DNA of 64,000 bases from the NCBI GenBank assembly GCA_964562595.1, contig CAZLUB010000003.1, forward strand, positions 17,213-81,212, written 5' to 3'. Below are positions 9,779 through 19,760 of this stretch, in pieces. Position 1 is the stretch's first letter. Each line of letters starts with the position of its first letter. This DNA is from an uncultured Muribaculum sp. (GTDB lineage Bacteria > Bacteroidota > Bacteroidia > Bacteroidales > Muribaculaceae). The notes below the pieces were generated by a model. The model saw only the letters and a list, made by a program, of their open reading frames with translations, searched no databases and was not told the origin of the DNA. Made by a program: the position numbers and the translations under genes.

Positions 9779-10342
9779 TTATTTCGGTGTCTGGTAATAG
9801 GGAATGTCAACCAACTTTATGCTAAACTTCAAGTTGGAGTATGGGTTGATTGACGAAGAACCGCTTGTGCCATAAGCAAGAGCGTAAGGAATGATTACGT
9901 CGACAGAGTCTCCTACGTGCATTTGCTGTAATGCAATGCCCCATCCGTTGATTACATTGCCTAATGACGTGCGATAGATGGAATCTCCGTAGGTGGTGTT
10001 GAGGAAGCTTGAATCAAACGCTTCATCGTCGTATGTGCGGCCGATGTATTTTACGTCGACTGTCGAGGTATATAGCGGAACTAAATTGTCGGCTGTCGCC
10101 GAACGATCGTTATACCAATGCATCAGCACCCATGATGTGTTGTCATACACCGGAGTGACGGTCTGGTAGAACAATTCTCCTGTTTCGGGGTCGATGAGGC
10201 TTTTCATTTCATCGAGCCAAGAGTTATTGGCTTCGCGCCATTCGCGATATTCTTCCCAATTGGATTCGTTGTCATCGTTGCAGGCTGTGAATGCCCATGT
10301 GATGACTATACCCAATAATGCAATAAATGGAATTTTCTTCAT
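9779..10342 (-). CDS. FKBP-type peptidyl-prolyl cis-trans isomerase lipoprotein
   Basis: Lipobox 'AFTAC'. FKBP core 'VDVKYIGRTYDDEAFDSS...VINGWGIALQQMHVGDSVDVIIPYALAYG'. Confidence 0.8.
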   Translation of the reverse strand: MKKIPFIALLGIVITWAFTACNDDNESNWEEYREWREANNSWLDEMKSLIDPETGELFYQTVTPVYDNTSWVLMHWYNDRSATADNLVPLYTSTVDVKYIGRTYDDEAFDSSFLNTTYGDSIYRTSLGNVINGWGIALQQMHVGDSVDVIIPYALAYGTSGSSSINPYSNLKFSIKLVDIPYYQTPK

Positions 10343-10356
10343 TTTGTGGAGATGTG

Positions 10357-10941
10357 TTAAAATTCCACTACCGGAGCTTGTTCGGCTCCTGCGGCAGCTT
10401 TAAATTGAGGCTTTGCTTCAAATCCAAACCATCCCGCATATATCACAGTAGGAAATTTCTTGATTGAGGTGTTGTAAACTTTGACTGCGTCGGTGTAGCG
10501 ACCTCGCGCCACTGCAATGCGGTTTTCTGTGCCTTCAAGCTGTACCTGCAAGTCTCGGAAATTTTCATTGGCTTTTAGGTCGGGGTATGCCTCCGACACG
10601 GCAAGCAGAGATTTTAATGCACCACTAAGTTGATTTTGAGCTTCTTGAAACCGAGCAAGGGTTTCTTCGTTGAGTTGGTCGGCTTGCAAGGTTACCGATG
10701 TGGCGTTGGCACGCGCTTCGGTGACTTTTGCAAGTGTGGCTTCCTCATGTGATGCATATCCTTTAACGGTATTTACCAAATTGGGAATCAAGTCGGCACG
10801 ACGTTGGTATTGGTTTTCCACTTCGGCCCATGATTGGTCAACGGTCTGTTGTTGTTCGACCAATGTGTTGTAATTGCATGACGATAATGAAATCATCATC
10901 ACCAATCCTACGAGTGTCAATTTCGATTTGAAAAATTTCAT
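10357..10941 (-). CDS. LemA family lipoprotein
   Basis: 194 aa. 'QYQRRADLIPNLVNTVKGYASHE' and 'NRIAVARGRYTDAVKVYNT' fit LemA. Confidence 0.85.
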   Translation of the reverse strand: MKFFKSKLTLVGLVMMISLSSCNYNTLVEQQQTVDQSWAEVENQYQRRADLIPNLVNTVKGYASHEEATLAKVTEARANATSVTLQADQLNEETLARFQEAQNQLSGALKSLLAVSEAYPDLKANENFRDLQVQLEGTENRIAVARGRYTDAVKVYNTSIKKFPTVIYAGWFGFEAKPQFKAAAGAEQAPVVEF

Positions 10942-10978
10942 GATTTGAATAGTTGGAGAGTTGATAATTGCAGTGATT

Positions 10979-12523
10979 TTATCCGAGTTTGCGCAACAAT
11001 GAATTGATGCTTACGTTGTCGTGAATCAAACGATGCAAGTCTTCAATATTGACACGTGTTTGTGTCATGGAGTCGCGTTCGCGGAGGGTTACTGTGTTGT
11101 CTTCGAGCGTCTTATGGTCGACAGTTACGCAATAGGGTGTGCCAACTGCGTCTTGACGGCGATAGCGCTTGCCTATGGAGTCTTTTTCCTCATAGTGAGT
11201 TGGAAAATCAAACTTGAGGTCGTTGACAATTTCGCGGGCTTTCTCAGGTAGTCCATCTTTGCGTACCAATGGCATGACTGCACACTTTACCGGAGCCAGT
11301 GCGGCAGGCAAGTGGAGTACGACGCGTGTGTCACCGCCTTCAAGGGCTTGCTCTTCATAGCTTGCACAAAGCACAGATAGGAACATGCGGTCTACGCCGA
11401 TTGATGTTTCGATGACGTAGGGTGTGTAGCTTTCGTTGAGTTCCGGATCGAAGTATTGAATTTTTTTTCCGGAGAATTTTTCGTGTTGAGAAAGGTCGAA
11501 ATTGGTGCGAGAATGGATGCCTTCAACTTCTTTGAAGCCAAATGGCATTTCAAACTCGATGTCGGTTGCGGCATTGGCATAGTGTGCAAGCTTGTCGTGG
11601 TCGTGATAGCGATATTTGTGGTCGCCAAGTCCGAGGGCTTTATGCCATTTTAGGCGGATTTCTTTCCATTGTTTGAACCAATCGAGTTCTTCTCCCGGAC
11701 GTACGAAAAATTGCATCTCCATCTGTTCAAACTCACGCATGCGGAAAATAAATTGGCGAGCTACGATTTCATTACGGAAAGCCTTGCCAATTTGAGCAAT
11801 GCCAAATGGAATGCGCATTCGACCGGTCTTCTGCACGTTTAGGTAGTTGACAAATATGCCCTGTGCAGTTTCCGGACGCAAATATACGTTCATTGCACCT
11901 TCGGCAGTTGAACCCATTTCTGTTTTGAACATGAGGTTGAATTGGCGCACATCGGTCCAGTTTTTTGTTCCGGAAATCGGGTCGACTATTTCTTGATCAA
12001 TGATTATTTGTCGCAGTTCATCAAGATTGTTATCGTTCATGGCCGTGGCAAATCGTTCATGAAGGGCGTTGCGCTTGGCGATGATGTCTTGCACACGAGG
12101 ATTGGTTTGGCGGAAAAGAGCCTCATCAAAAGATTCTCCAAAACGCTTTTTTGCTTTGGCAACTTCTTTTTCCACCTTGTCGTCCATCTTTGCAAGTTCT
12201 TCTTCGATGAGGACGTCGGCGCGGTAGCGCTTCTTGGAGTCGCGGTTGTCAATCAACGGGTCGTTGAAGGCATCAACGTGTCCAGAAGCTTTCCATATTG
12301 TTGGGTGCATGAAAATTGCTGAGTCAATACCTACTATGTTGTCATGCAATAGGGTCATCGCATCCCACCAATAGCGTTTGATATTATTTTTTAGCTCAAC
12401 TCCATTTTGACCGTAGTCATATACAGCAGAGAGTCCGTCATATATTTCGCTTGAAGGGAATACAAAGCCGTATTCCTTGGCATGTGATACAATCTTTTTG
12501 AATTGGTCGTCTTGTTGTGCCAT
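10979..12523 (-). CDS. glyQS: Glycine--tRNA ligase (homodimeric class II)
   Basis: 514 aa. Class II motif 2 region 'IAQIGKAFRNEIVARQFIFRMREFEQMEMQFF' and motif 3 region 'IETSIGVDRM'. Confidence 0.93.
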   Translation of the reverse strand: MAQQDDQFKKIVSHAKEYGFVFPSSEIYDGLSAVYDYGQNGVELKNNIKRYWWDAMTLLHDNIVGIDSAIFMHPTIWKASGHVDAFNDPLIDNRDSKKRYRADVLIEEELAKMDDKVEKEVAKAKKRFGESFDEALFRQTNPRVQDIIAKRNALHERFATAMNDNNLDELRQIIIDQEIVDPISGTKNWTDVRQFNLMFKTEMGSTAEGAMNVYLRPETAQGIFVNYLNVQKTGRMRIPFGIAQIGKAFRNEIVARQFIFRMREFEQMEMQFFVRPGEELDWFKQWKEIRLKWHKALGLGDHKYRYHDHDKLAHYANAATDIEFEMPFGFKEVEGIHSRTNFDLSQHEKFSGKKIQYFDPELNESYTPYVIETSIGVDRMFLSVLCASYEEQALEGGDTRVVLHLPAALAPVKCAVMPLVRKDGLPEKAREIVNDLKFDFPTHYEEKDSIGKRYRRQDAVGTPYCVTVDHKTLEDNTVTLRERDSMTQTRVNIEDLHRLIHDNVSINSLLRKLG

Positions 12524-12569
12524 GATTTATACGCTGTTTATATCTTGTTTTCGGTTGATTTTTAGGCTA

Positions 12570-12577
12570 CAAAGATA
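12570..12577 (-). promoter_or_regulatory. -7 box TATCTTTG for glyQS
   Basis: The + strand reads CAAAGATA, 47 nt upstream of ATG 12523. Confidence 0.5.
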
Positions 12578-12765
12578 CGGAAAAATGCTTATTCCTACAA
12601 AATTTAGGCGCATACACTTTCTCTTATGCTCAAATTGTGGTTTTTGTCGCTAAAAAACATTGATAGGAGTGGTGTCTATGCTTTCAAAATGTTGCTCGGT
12701 AGGGCAAATTGGGGCAAATTGATATAAAATGAGAGAAGACAAACTACTATTTGCGAAAAAAATCG

Positions 12766-12773
12766 TATTTTTG
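12766..12773 (+). promoter_or_regulatory. -7 box TATTTTTG for parC
   Basis: 49 nt upstream of ATG 12822. Confidence 0.5.
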
Positions 12774-12821
12774 TAGTGATGTCATGTCCTGTGACGTAAT
12801 CTTTTACCTAAACACTTCTAT

Positions 12822-15497
12822 ATGAGCGACGAGCAAAACGACATAATTGACGATGATTTATATGGCGAAGACAATATCGTGTCTGATGAAGGCCGTGTTA
12901 CGCTTGATACTTCATCTTCCGATACTACACGCTATCAGTTGCGTGGCATGTTTCGCAACTGGTTTCTGGATTATGCTTCATACGTAATATTGGAGCGAGC
13001 TGTGCCTCACATCGATGATGGCTTGAAACCGGTACAGCGCCGTATCCTTCACTCGATGAAGACTCTTGATGATGGACGTTTCAATAAGGTGGCCAATATC
13101 GTAGGTAATACAATGCAGTATCACCCTCATGGAGATGCGTCTATAAATGATGCGCTTGTGCAACTCGGACAGAAAGATTTACTCGTCGAAACGCAAGGGA
13201 ATTGGGGTAATATACTTACCGGAGCATCAGCGGCGGCCGGACGTTACATTGAGGCTCGTTTGTCTCCGTTTGCCCTCGAAGTGCTATACAATCCTAAGAT
13301 TACCGATTGGACTGTTTCTTACGATGGTCGTAAACCCGAGCCGGTTACGTTGCCGGTAAAGTTTCCATTACTTCTTACTCAGGGAGTTGAAGGCATTGCC
13401 GTGGGCTTGTCGTCAAAGATTTTGCCTCATAATTTTAATGAGATACTCGATGCTGCTGTGGCATATCTGCGTGGTGAAGATTTTGTGCTTTATCCCGATT
13501 TTGTCACAGGTGGATTTATTGATGTGTCTAAGTATAATGATGGTGAACGTGGTGGTTCGGTGAAAATTCGTGCTAAGATTGAGAAATTTGACAATAAGAC
13601 ACTTGCCATCACAGAAATACCGTATGGAAAAACTACGGGAGGGCTTATAGAGTCGATTATTAAAGCCTCGGAAAAAGGAAAGATAAAGGTTCGAAAAGTT
13701 GATGACAACACGGCTGATACAGCTCTGATTCTTGTGCATCTATTGCCCGGAACATCATCGGATAAGGCTATTGATGCGTTATATGCATTTACCGATTGTG
13801 AGTTGAGTATTTCACCCAATTGTTGCGTTATAGATGATAAAAAGCCACGTTTTCTTGGCGTAAGCGATGTGCTACGTCATAGTGTCGATTCAACCAAAGA
13901 GTTGTTGCGCCGAGAGCTGGAGATACAGCGTGGCGAAATCGAGGAATTGTTGCATTTTGCTTCACTTGAGCGCATTTTTATTGAAGAGCGCATTTACAAG
14001 GATAAAGAATTTGAAGAAGCAGCATCGATGGAAATTGCAGTACGCCACATCGATAAACGCTTGGAGCCTTTTAAACGTACGTTTATCCGAGATGTCACTG
14101 ATGACGATATTTTACGGCTAATGGAGATAAAGATGGGGCGTATTCTCAAATTTAATTCTGCAAAAGCCGATGAAGTTATCGCATCATACAAGGAGAGAAT
14201 TGCCAAAATTAATGACAATCTTGCTCATATCGTGGATTATGCAATAAAATGGTACTCCGGTCTTAAAGAGAAATATGGGGCTGCTTATCCGCGTCACACA
14301 GTTATCAGGGGATTTGATAACATCGAAGCCACAACGGTGGTCGAAGCTAATGAACGACTCTATATCAATCGTGAAGAAGGATTTATTGGTACGTCGTTGA
14401 AGAAAGATGAATATATTTGCAATTGCTCTGATATAGACGATATTATCATTATATACAAGGATGGTAAGTATAAAATTGTGAAAGTGCAAGAAAAGATGTT
14501 TGTGGGTAAGAACATCTTGTATATTAATGTGTTTAAACGTAATGATGCTCGCACCATCTATAATGTTATATATCAAAACGGGCGAGGTGGCATTTATTAC
14601 ATGAAACGTTTTGCCGTGACCGGAGTGTCGCGTGACAAGGAATATGACATGACGCAAGGGAAGCCCGGCTCTAAGATTGTATGGTTCTCGGCCAATCCCA
14701 ATGGAGAAGCTGAAGTAGTGAAGGTTACATTAAAACCAAAACAACGGTTGAAAACATTGCAATTTGATGTGGACTTTAGTAAATTGGCTATAAAAGGAAA
14801 GCAATCACAAGGAAATATCGTGACCAAAAATGAAGTGCATCGCTTCTCGCTGAAAGAAAAAGGAGGGTCTACGCTCGGAGGTCGTGAAGTGTGGTTTGAC
14901 TACGATGTCTTGCGTATTAATTATGATGGCAGAGGCGTGTATTTAGGAGAGTTCTCCGGAAATGATCAGATACTTGTCGTGTTGAAAACTGGTGAATATT
15001 ACATGACCACGTTTGATGCAAGCAATCATTATGAGGACAATTTGCTGCGGATAGAGAAGTTCCGCCCCGGTCATGTGTGGACTGCAGTGCTTAATGATGC
15101 CGACCAAGGTTACCCGTATATCAAGCGGTTTACCTTTGAGCCGACAGTCAAGCGCACTAGCTTCATAGGTGAAAATGATAAATCTTCACTAATCCTGCTC
15201 AGTGATGCTTTAGGGTGCCGTGTTGAAGTGACTTTTGGTGGTGACGATGCGTTCCGCGGATCATTAATACTCGATGCCGGTGAATTTATTGGAGTCAAGA
15301 GCCATAAGGCTAAGGGCAAACGAGTGAGCAACTATGTTGTTGAGTCGATTGTGGAAATCGAACCTTTGGCGGTGGATGAAGATAATATTGATGCTGATAC
15401 TGATAAGGAGCCGGTGGAGAGCGCGCCTATCGAGCCAGACCGTTCTGATGATGAGGTGCGAGATGAAATCAACGGTCAACAACGCATTTTTGATTGA
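12822..15497 (+). CDS. parC: DNA topoisomerase IV subunit A
   Basis: 891 aa. 'FLDYASYVILERAVPHIDDGLKPVQRRILHSM' is the Bacteroidota ParC-type N-terminus, and 'AAGRYIEARL' is the catalytic-Tyr segment. Confidence 0.88.
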   Translation: MSDEQNDIIDDDLYGEDNIVSDEGRVTLDTSSSDTTRYQLRGMFRNWFLDYASYVILERAVPHIDDGLKPVQRRILHSMKTLDDGRFNKVANIVGNTMQYHPHGDASINDALVQLGQKDLLVETQGNWGNILTGASAAAGRYIEARLSPFALEVLYNPKITDWTVSYDGRKPEPVTLPVKFPLLLTQGVEGIAVGLSSKILPHNFNEILDAAVAYLRGEDFVLYPDFVTGGFIDVSKYNDGERGGSVKIRAKIEKFDNKTLAITEIPYGKTTGGLIESIIKASEKGKIKVRKVDDNTADTALILVHLLPGTSSDKAIDALYAFTDCELSISPNCCVIDDKKPRFLGVSDVLRHSVDSTKELLRRELEIQRGEIEELLHFASLERIFIEERIYKDKEFEEAASMEIAVRHIDKRLEPFKRTFIRDVTDDDILRLMEIKMGRILKFNSAKADEVIASYKERIAKINDNLAHIVDYAIKWYSGLKEKYGAAYPRHTVIRGFDNIEATTVVEANERLYINREEGFIGTSLKKDEYICNCSDIDDIIIIYKDGKYKIVKVQEKMFVGKNILYINVFKRNDARTIYNVIYQNGRGGIYYMKRFAVTGVSRDKEYDMTQGKPGSKIVWFSANPNGEAEVVKVTLKPKQRLKTLQFDVDFSKLAIKGKQSQGNIVTKNEVHRFSLKEKGGSTLGGREVWFDYDVLRINYDGRGVYLGEFSGNDQILVVLKTGEYYMTTFDASNHYEDNLLRIEKFRPGHVWTAVLNDADQGYPYIKRFTFEPTVKRTSFIGENDKSSLILLSDALGCRVEVTFGGDDAFRGSLILDAGEFIGVKSHKAKGKRVSNYVVESIVEIEPLAVDEDNIDADTDKEPVESAPIEPDRSDDEVRDEINGQQRIFD

Positions 15498-15505
15498 TTT
15501 AAGCG

Positions 15506-16357
15506 GTGAGGTACTTATTAGTCACGTTAATAATATTTCTGTTTGTTATACGAGCCGAGGCGCAGAATGACTCGGAGCATGCTGTATTGCGGCCGGTTAC
15601 CGCGGCATATACGGCTGAAATAGGTGGAGCAAGTATTATAAATACTTATCTCTCTCCATTGGTATATGATGGAGTTTCGGTGGCATTCAATTATGAGCGT
15701 ATGCAAGCCATGCGTTTTAATCCTGATGATTGGGTGATGAGACTTGCATCGGGAATAACGTGTAATCATACAGAAAATCCGGCTCGTAATGCGGAGATTT
15801 GGAGGCTTGTCGGTAACTTCTCTTGGGGAATGACTCGACGTTGGCGGTTTTATGATAATATGACAATAGGTGCTGGTGGCAGTACGACCGTCAACCTTGG
15901 TTGTGTGTATAGTACTCGCAATGGTAATAATCCGGTAGCAGTTGAAGCATCATGGACACTAAATCTTACAGGATATGTAGCGTGGAATTGTAGCATAGGT
16001 AGTCTGCCGGTGACGTTGTGTTACCGTCCTACAATGCCGTTAGTCGGGACTTTTTTTTCTCCAGACTACGGTGAATTGCTTTATGAGGTATATCTTGGCA
16101 ATCATGACAATCTTGTGCATGGCGCATGGTGGGGTAACTATTTCAGTATTGAGAATCTGATTACTGCCGATTTGCACTTTGGTAATACGTGTTTACGTGT
16201 CGGATTTCGTAATAATATTCTTTCAACAGATGTCAACAATCTGACAACTCGTGTTGTTTATAATGCCGCAGTTGTAGGTCTGTCGGGAGAGTGGCTCAGT
16301 GTGTCTTCACATAAAGGTCTTGATGCAAGAGCGAGAATAGTGTCGGCGCTGTATTAA
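15506..16357 (+). CDS. Hypothetical secreted protein, probable outer-membrane beta-barrel (possibly DUF3316-like)
   Basis: 283 aa with signal peptide 'LIIFLFVIRAEAQ'. It has alternating hydrophobic beta-strand-like segments and a C-terminal aromatic residue (..SALY). The family name is from memory only. Confidence 0.5.
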   Translation: MRYLLVTLIIFLFVIRAEAQNDSEHAVLRPVTAAYTAEIGGASIINTYLSPLVYDGVSVAFNYERMQAMRFNPDDWVMRLASGITCNHTENPARNAEIWRLVGNFSWGMTRRWRFYDNMTIGAGGSTTVNLGCVYSTRNGNNPVAVEASWTLNLTGYVAWNCSIGSLPVTLCYRPTMPLVGTFFSPDYGELLYEVYLGNHDNLVHGAWWGNYFSIENLITADLHFGNTCLRVGFRNNILSTDVNNLTTRVVYNAAVVGLSGEWLSVSSHKGLDARARIVSALY

Positions 16358-16380
16358 TAAATAAAGATATGTAAATCGCT

Positions 16381-17397
16381 ATGAAACGGTTGATGTACAA
16401 TGCTATAATATCGGTCATCTCAATATTGTTATTCTCTTGTCACGGTATTGAGGAGTGGGATAATAATCCACGAGGAAATTTTGATGCATTGTGGACGATA
16501 CTTGACGAGCATTATTGTTTCTTTGAGGAAAAAGGTGTCGATTGGGATGACGTATATGAGCGTTACAGTCCCATGGTGAGCAATGAGATGTCGGCAACTG
16601 AATTGTTTAATGTGTGTGCCGAGATGCTTGATGAGTTGAGAGATGGTCACACCAATCTCTCAGCCTCATTCAACACTTCCTATTATCGTGAATGGTGGAG
16701 CGCTTATCCGCAAAACTACAATGGACGCCTTGTGGAGCAATATTACCTTAATTTTAATCAGCTTTCAGTGGGAGGTATCGACTATGCAATATTGCCACAA
16801 AATATAGGTTATATGCGTTATTCAAGTTTTAGCTATGATATTGGAGAAGGTAATCTCGACAATGTGTTGGCCTATCTCAGCACGTGTGCCGGGCTAATTA
16901 TAGATGTACGTGATAATGGTGGTGGAAATATAACAAATGTCGAAACACTTGTAAGCAGATTTATTACAGAGCGAACACTTGCGGGGTATATATCACACAA
17001 AACAGGTCCCGGACATGATGATTTTTCAAAGCCATATGCATTTTATTACGAACCGGCTGCCGAGGGTCACATTATGTGGGGGAAGCCGGTTGCTGTGCTT
17101 ACTTCGCGCACTACTTACAGCGCAGCCAATAATTTTGTGTCGATAATGCGTCTGTTACCACAAGTAGCAGTTGTTGGGGCAACGACAGGCGGTGGAAGCG
17201 GAATGCCATTTAGTTCGGAGTTGCCCAATGGTTGGGCAATCCGGTTTTCGGCATGTTCAATACTCGATGCGCAGGGTAATACAACAGAACAAGGAGTTGT
17301 GCCGTCACCCGGGTGTGCAATCGATCTTGATCCGGAGCAGGCGCTCCTTGGTATAGATACTATCCTCGAACGTGCAATAGCACTACTTTCTCAATAG
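16381..17397 (+). CDS. S41 family peptidase (C-terminal processing peptidase-like) lipoprotein
   Basis: Lipobox 'LLFSC'. 'IIDVRDNGGGN' is the S41 signature segment. Confidence 0.8.
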   Translation: MKRLMYNAIISVISILLFSCHGIEEWDNNPRGNFDALWTILDEHYCFFEEKGVDWDDVYERYSPMVSNEMSATELFNVCAEMLDELRDGHTNLSASFNTSYYREWWSAYPQNYNGRLVEQYYLNFNQLSVGGIDYAILPQNIGYMRYSSFSYDIGEGNLDNVLAYLSTCAGLIIDVRDNGGGNITNVETLVSRFITERTLAGYISHKTGPGHDDFSKPYAFYYEPAAEGHIMWGKPVAVLTSRTTYSAANNFVSIMRLLPQVAVVGATTGGGSGMPFSSELPNGWAIRFSACSILDAQGNTTEQGVVPSPGCAIDLDPEQALLGIDTILERAIALLSQ

Positions 17398-17404
17398 CAA
17401 CAAA

Positions 17405-17456
17405 AACACTATGTATCTATCCCTGACGTGAGTTGGAGAGATAGATACATAGTGTT
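17405..17456. terminator. 17-bp perfect hairpin between the convergent S41 and GH43 genes (bidirectional terminator)
   Basis: AACACTATGTATCTATC (17405-17421) is complementary to GATAGATACATAGTGTT (17440-17456). Confidence 0.7.
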
Positions 17457-17573
17457 GTGTGGAGTTGGCAAAGATAGGTGTGATTATAGTCTTAGCTTAA
17501 TTATCTCACTTTTGTGCACATTGATAAAAACTCTCTATCGGATGCCAACTAAGAAAAGTCTTCTAATCAATGA

Positions 17574-18692
17574 TTATAGTGGGGTGCCGGACGGTTTGGT
17601 CATGCGTGTGGATATGTGTTTTGGTGTACCAAATACCGGATAGCCATCTTTCCATTCAAAACGTTGCATGCGTGGAGTGCGAGTGTCTCCTTTGCCGGCT
17701 GGAATAACTTGAGTGTCGCGTGCGTGATAGAGTATGTAATGCTCTTTGCCGTCAGGGGAGATAAAGAAACTATTGTGTCCGCATCCATATACTTCATTTT
17801 CTGCTGATTGAGCAAATACGGGGTTGTCGGATTTTGTCCAAGATCGCGGGTCGAGGAGGTCGGAATCGGCACGAGCAGTGAGTAATCCTAAACAATAGTA
17901 AGGAGTCCAAAATGCACTTGCCGAATAAGCAATATGTATATATTGTCCTTCGGGGTCAAATAGAGCCTGTGGCCCTTCATTGACATGGAGGACATGAGGA
18001 GATGTGGCTCCGTCGGGGCTAGTGTATTGTTTTTCCCATTCATAAGTCGGTTTAGAGATGAGTTGGCGTTCACTTTGTAGAGTCCAGGGATTGGCCATGC
18101 GTGCAATGAATATACATTGAGTTTCGTCGGAAACGCGAGGAGTTTGCCATCCCGACCATAGCATATAAAGTTGACCGTGGTGGGAAAATACGGTAGCGTC
18201 AATAGCCCAGTTGTTGTCGGGGTCGGTAGAAATATGTCCTTTAAAGGTAAATTCTCCGTCAAGAGGATTAGGTTCGGTATTCTCAAGAACGTAAATTTGG
18301 TGATTGGCGTTATCACCGTCATCAGCGCAATAGTAGATATACCATTTTCCGTCGATGTTGTGAATTTCGGGAGCCCATAACTCATATTTGTTTTTTGGAT
18401 CTGTGGGAATCCATACCGTTTTATGTTCTCCATTTTTGACATCTGTTATGTCGGTAGTGCGCCAAAGATCAATGCGGTTGCCCATGGTGTGGGTGTAGTA
18501 ATAATAGCCGTCATGATAAATGGTCCAAGGATCAGGCCCACGATCGGGAAAGAGTGGGTTGGTGTATGTGTTATCTACTGATTCGGTATTAGTTGTGTTG
18601 CCAGATGTGTTTTTTGAGGAACATGCAGGAATCGATGGCAAGCTAAGAATAGCTATGGTGAAAATAATAGTTCTGATGAGTTTGTGATTCAT
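17574..18692 (-). CDS. Glycoside hydrolase family 43 lipoprotein
   Basis: 372 aa with lipobox 'IPACS'. 'GPDPWTIYHDGYYYY' and 'WAPEIHNIDGKWYIYY' are typical GH43 propeller blades. Confidence 0.85.
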   Translation of the reverse strand: MNHKLIRTIIFTIAILSLPSIPACSSKNTSGNTTNTESVDNTYTNPLFPDRGPDPWTIYHDGYYYYTHTMGNRIDLWRTTDITDVKNGEHKTVWIPTDPKNKYELWAPEIHNIDGKWYIYYCADDGDNANHQIYVLENTEPNPLDGEFTFKGHISTDPDNNWAIDATVFSHHGQLYMLWSGWQTPRVSDETQCIFIARMANPWTLQSERQLISKPTYEWEKQYTSPDGATSPHVLHVNEGPQALFDPEGQYIHIAYSASAFWTPYYCLGLLTARADSDLLDPRSWTKSDNPVFAQSAENEVYGCGHNSFFISPDGKEHYILYHARDTQVIPAGKGDTRTPRMQRFEWKDGYPVFGTPKHISTRMTKPSGTPL

Positions 18693-18834
18693 GAGTGTTT
18701 AAAATTTATTTATAATATAACGTGAAAATTGTTGAATGCGTATAAGGCTATCTATTAATTGTATAGTTGTCATAAAGTATATAATGTAGAGCTACTGGGT
18801 TAATGAGGCTAAATAAGCATCATTGGTAATAAGT

Positions 18835-18868
18835 GAAGGGGTTGACATTCAATGATGTCAACCCCTTC
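18835..18868 (-). terminator. 14-bp hairpin downstream of tsf
   Basis: GAAGGGGTTGACAT (18835-18848) is complementary to ATGTCAACCCCTTC (18855-18868), with a 6-nt loop. It lies 30 nt past the tsf stop. Confidence 0.6.
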
Positions 18869-18897
18869 TATTGTAAGATGTTATGACTACGATAGGA

Positions 18898-19722
18898 TTA
18901 GTCTTGGTTGAGGTTTACACGCTTGAACGCGGTAACCACAAGTCCTTTTGCTGCGTTGTTTAGATATTTCTCAATTGTCAAAGTCGGATCTTTGATAAAT
19001 TCTTGTTCCATAAGTACAGATTCTTTATAGAACTTGTTGAGACGACCTTCTGCAATCTTATCGAGGATAGCTTCGGGTTTACCTTCTTGACGAGCTTTTT
19101 CGCGACCGATTTCGAGTTCTTGGTTGACGATTTTTTCGGGTACTTCTGCGCGAGTAGTGGCAACAGGATTCATAGATGCTGCTTGCATCGCAACGTCACG
19201 ACCTACTTGGTAGTCAACGTTTTCAAGATTGAAGCCGACAATAGTAGAAAGCTTGTTGCCAAGGTGATTGTAAGAAGTAGTTGAAGGAGCTTCGACTACT
19301 TCGTAAGCACCAAGTTCCATCTTTTCGCCGGTCTTACCAACTTCTTCAACGATGAGAGCTTCAACAGTGCGACCTTCGATTTCAACTGCTTTTAGCTCGT
19401 CGAGGGTTTTTACTTTGTTGGCAACAGCTGCATCAAGAATCTTTTGAGTAAGAGCTACGAAGCCTGCATTTTTTGCCACAAAGTCTGTTTCACACTTGAG
19501 AGCCACGATAGCGGCAAATCCACCTTCACACTTAGAGAGAACACACCCTTCAGAAGCTTCGCGGTCTTCGCGCTTAGCTGCAACGGCTTGTCCTTTTTTA
19601 CGAAGGATTTCAACAGCGGCTTCGATGTCGCCATTGGTTTCAGCGAGTGCTTTTTTGCAGTCCATCAAGCCGGCACTTGTCAAGTTGCGGAGCTTGGTGA
19701 TTTCTGCCATTGTAACTGCCAT
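18898..19722 (-). CDS. tsf: Translation elongation factor Ts
   Basis: 274 aa with N-terminal UBA-like 'ITKLRNLTSAGLMDCKKAL'. It lies directly downstream of rpsB, the conserved rpsB-tsf operon arrangement. Confidence 0.93.
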   Translation of the reverse strand: MAVTMAEITKLRNLTSAGLMDCKKALAETNGDIEAAVEILRKKGQAVAAKREDREASEGCVLSKCEGGFAAIVALKCETDFVAKNAGFVALTQKILDAAVANKVKTLDELKAVEIEGRTVEALIVEEVGKTGEKMELGAYEVVEAPSTTSYNHLGNKLSTIVGFNLENVDYQVGRDVAMQAASMNPVATTRAEVPEKIVNQELEIGREKARQEGKPEAILDKIAEGRLNKFYKESVLMEQEFIKDPTLTIEKYLNNAAKGLVVTAFKRVNLNQD

Positions 19723-19760
19723 ATTCTAAAATTATAAATAATCGGTTATTAAATTAATTA

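Noticed and set aside
12701-12720. Tandem duplication GGCAAATTG-G-GGCAAATTG in the glyQS-parC divergent spacer
   Set aside because: Only two short copies are present, with no further periodicity. It is most simply a slippage duplication.
14184-14657. 157-aa minus-strand ORF, plus 13413-13739 and 13490-13819
   Set aside because: All are antisense to parC and have Ile/Phe/Asn-rich shadow-frame composition.
17888-18442. 184-aa minus-strand ORF in an alternative frame of the GH43 gene
   Set aside because: It overlaps the GH43 coding frame, which carries clear family motifs. This is an alternative-frame artefact.
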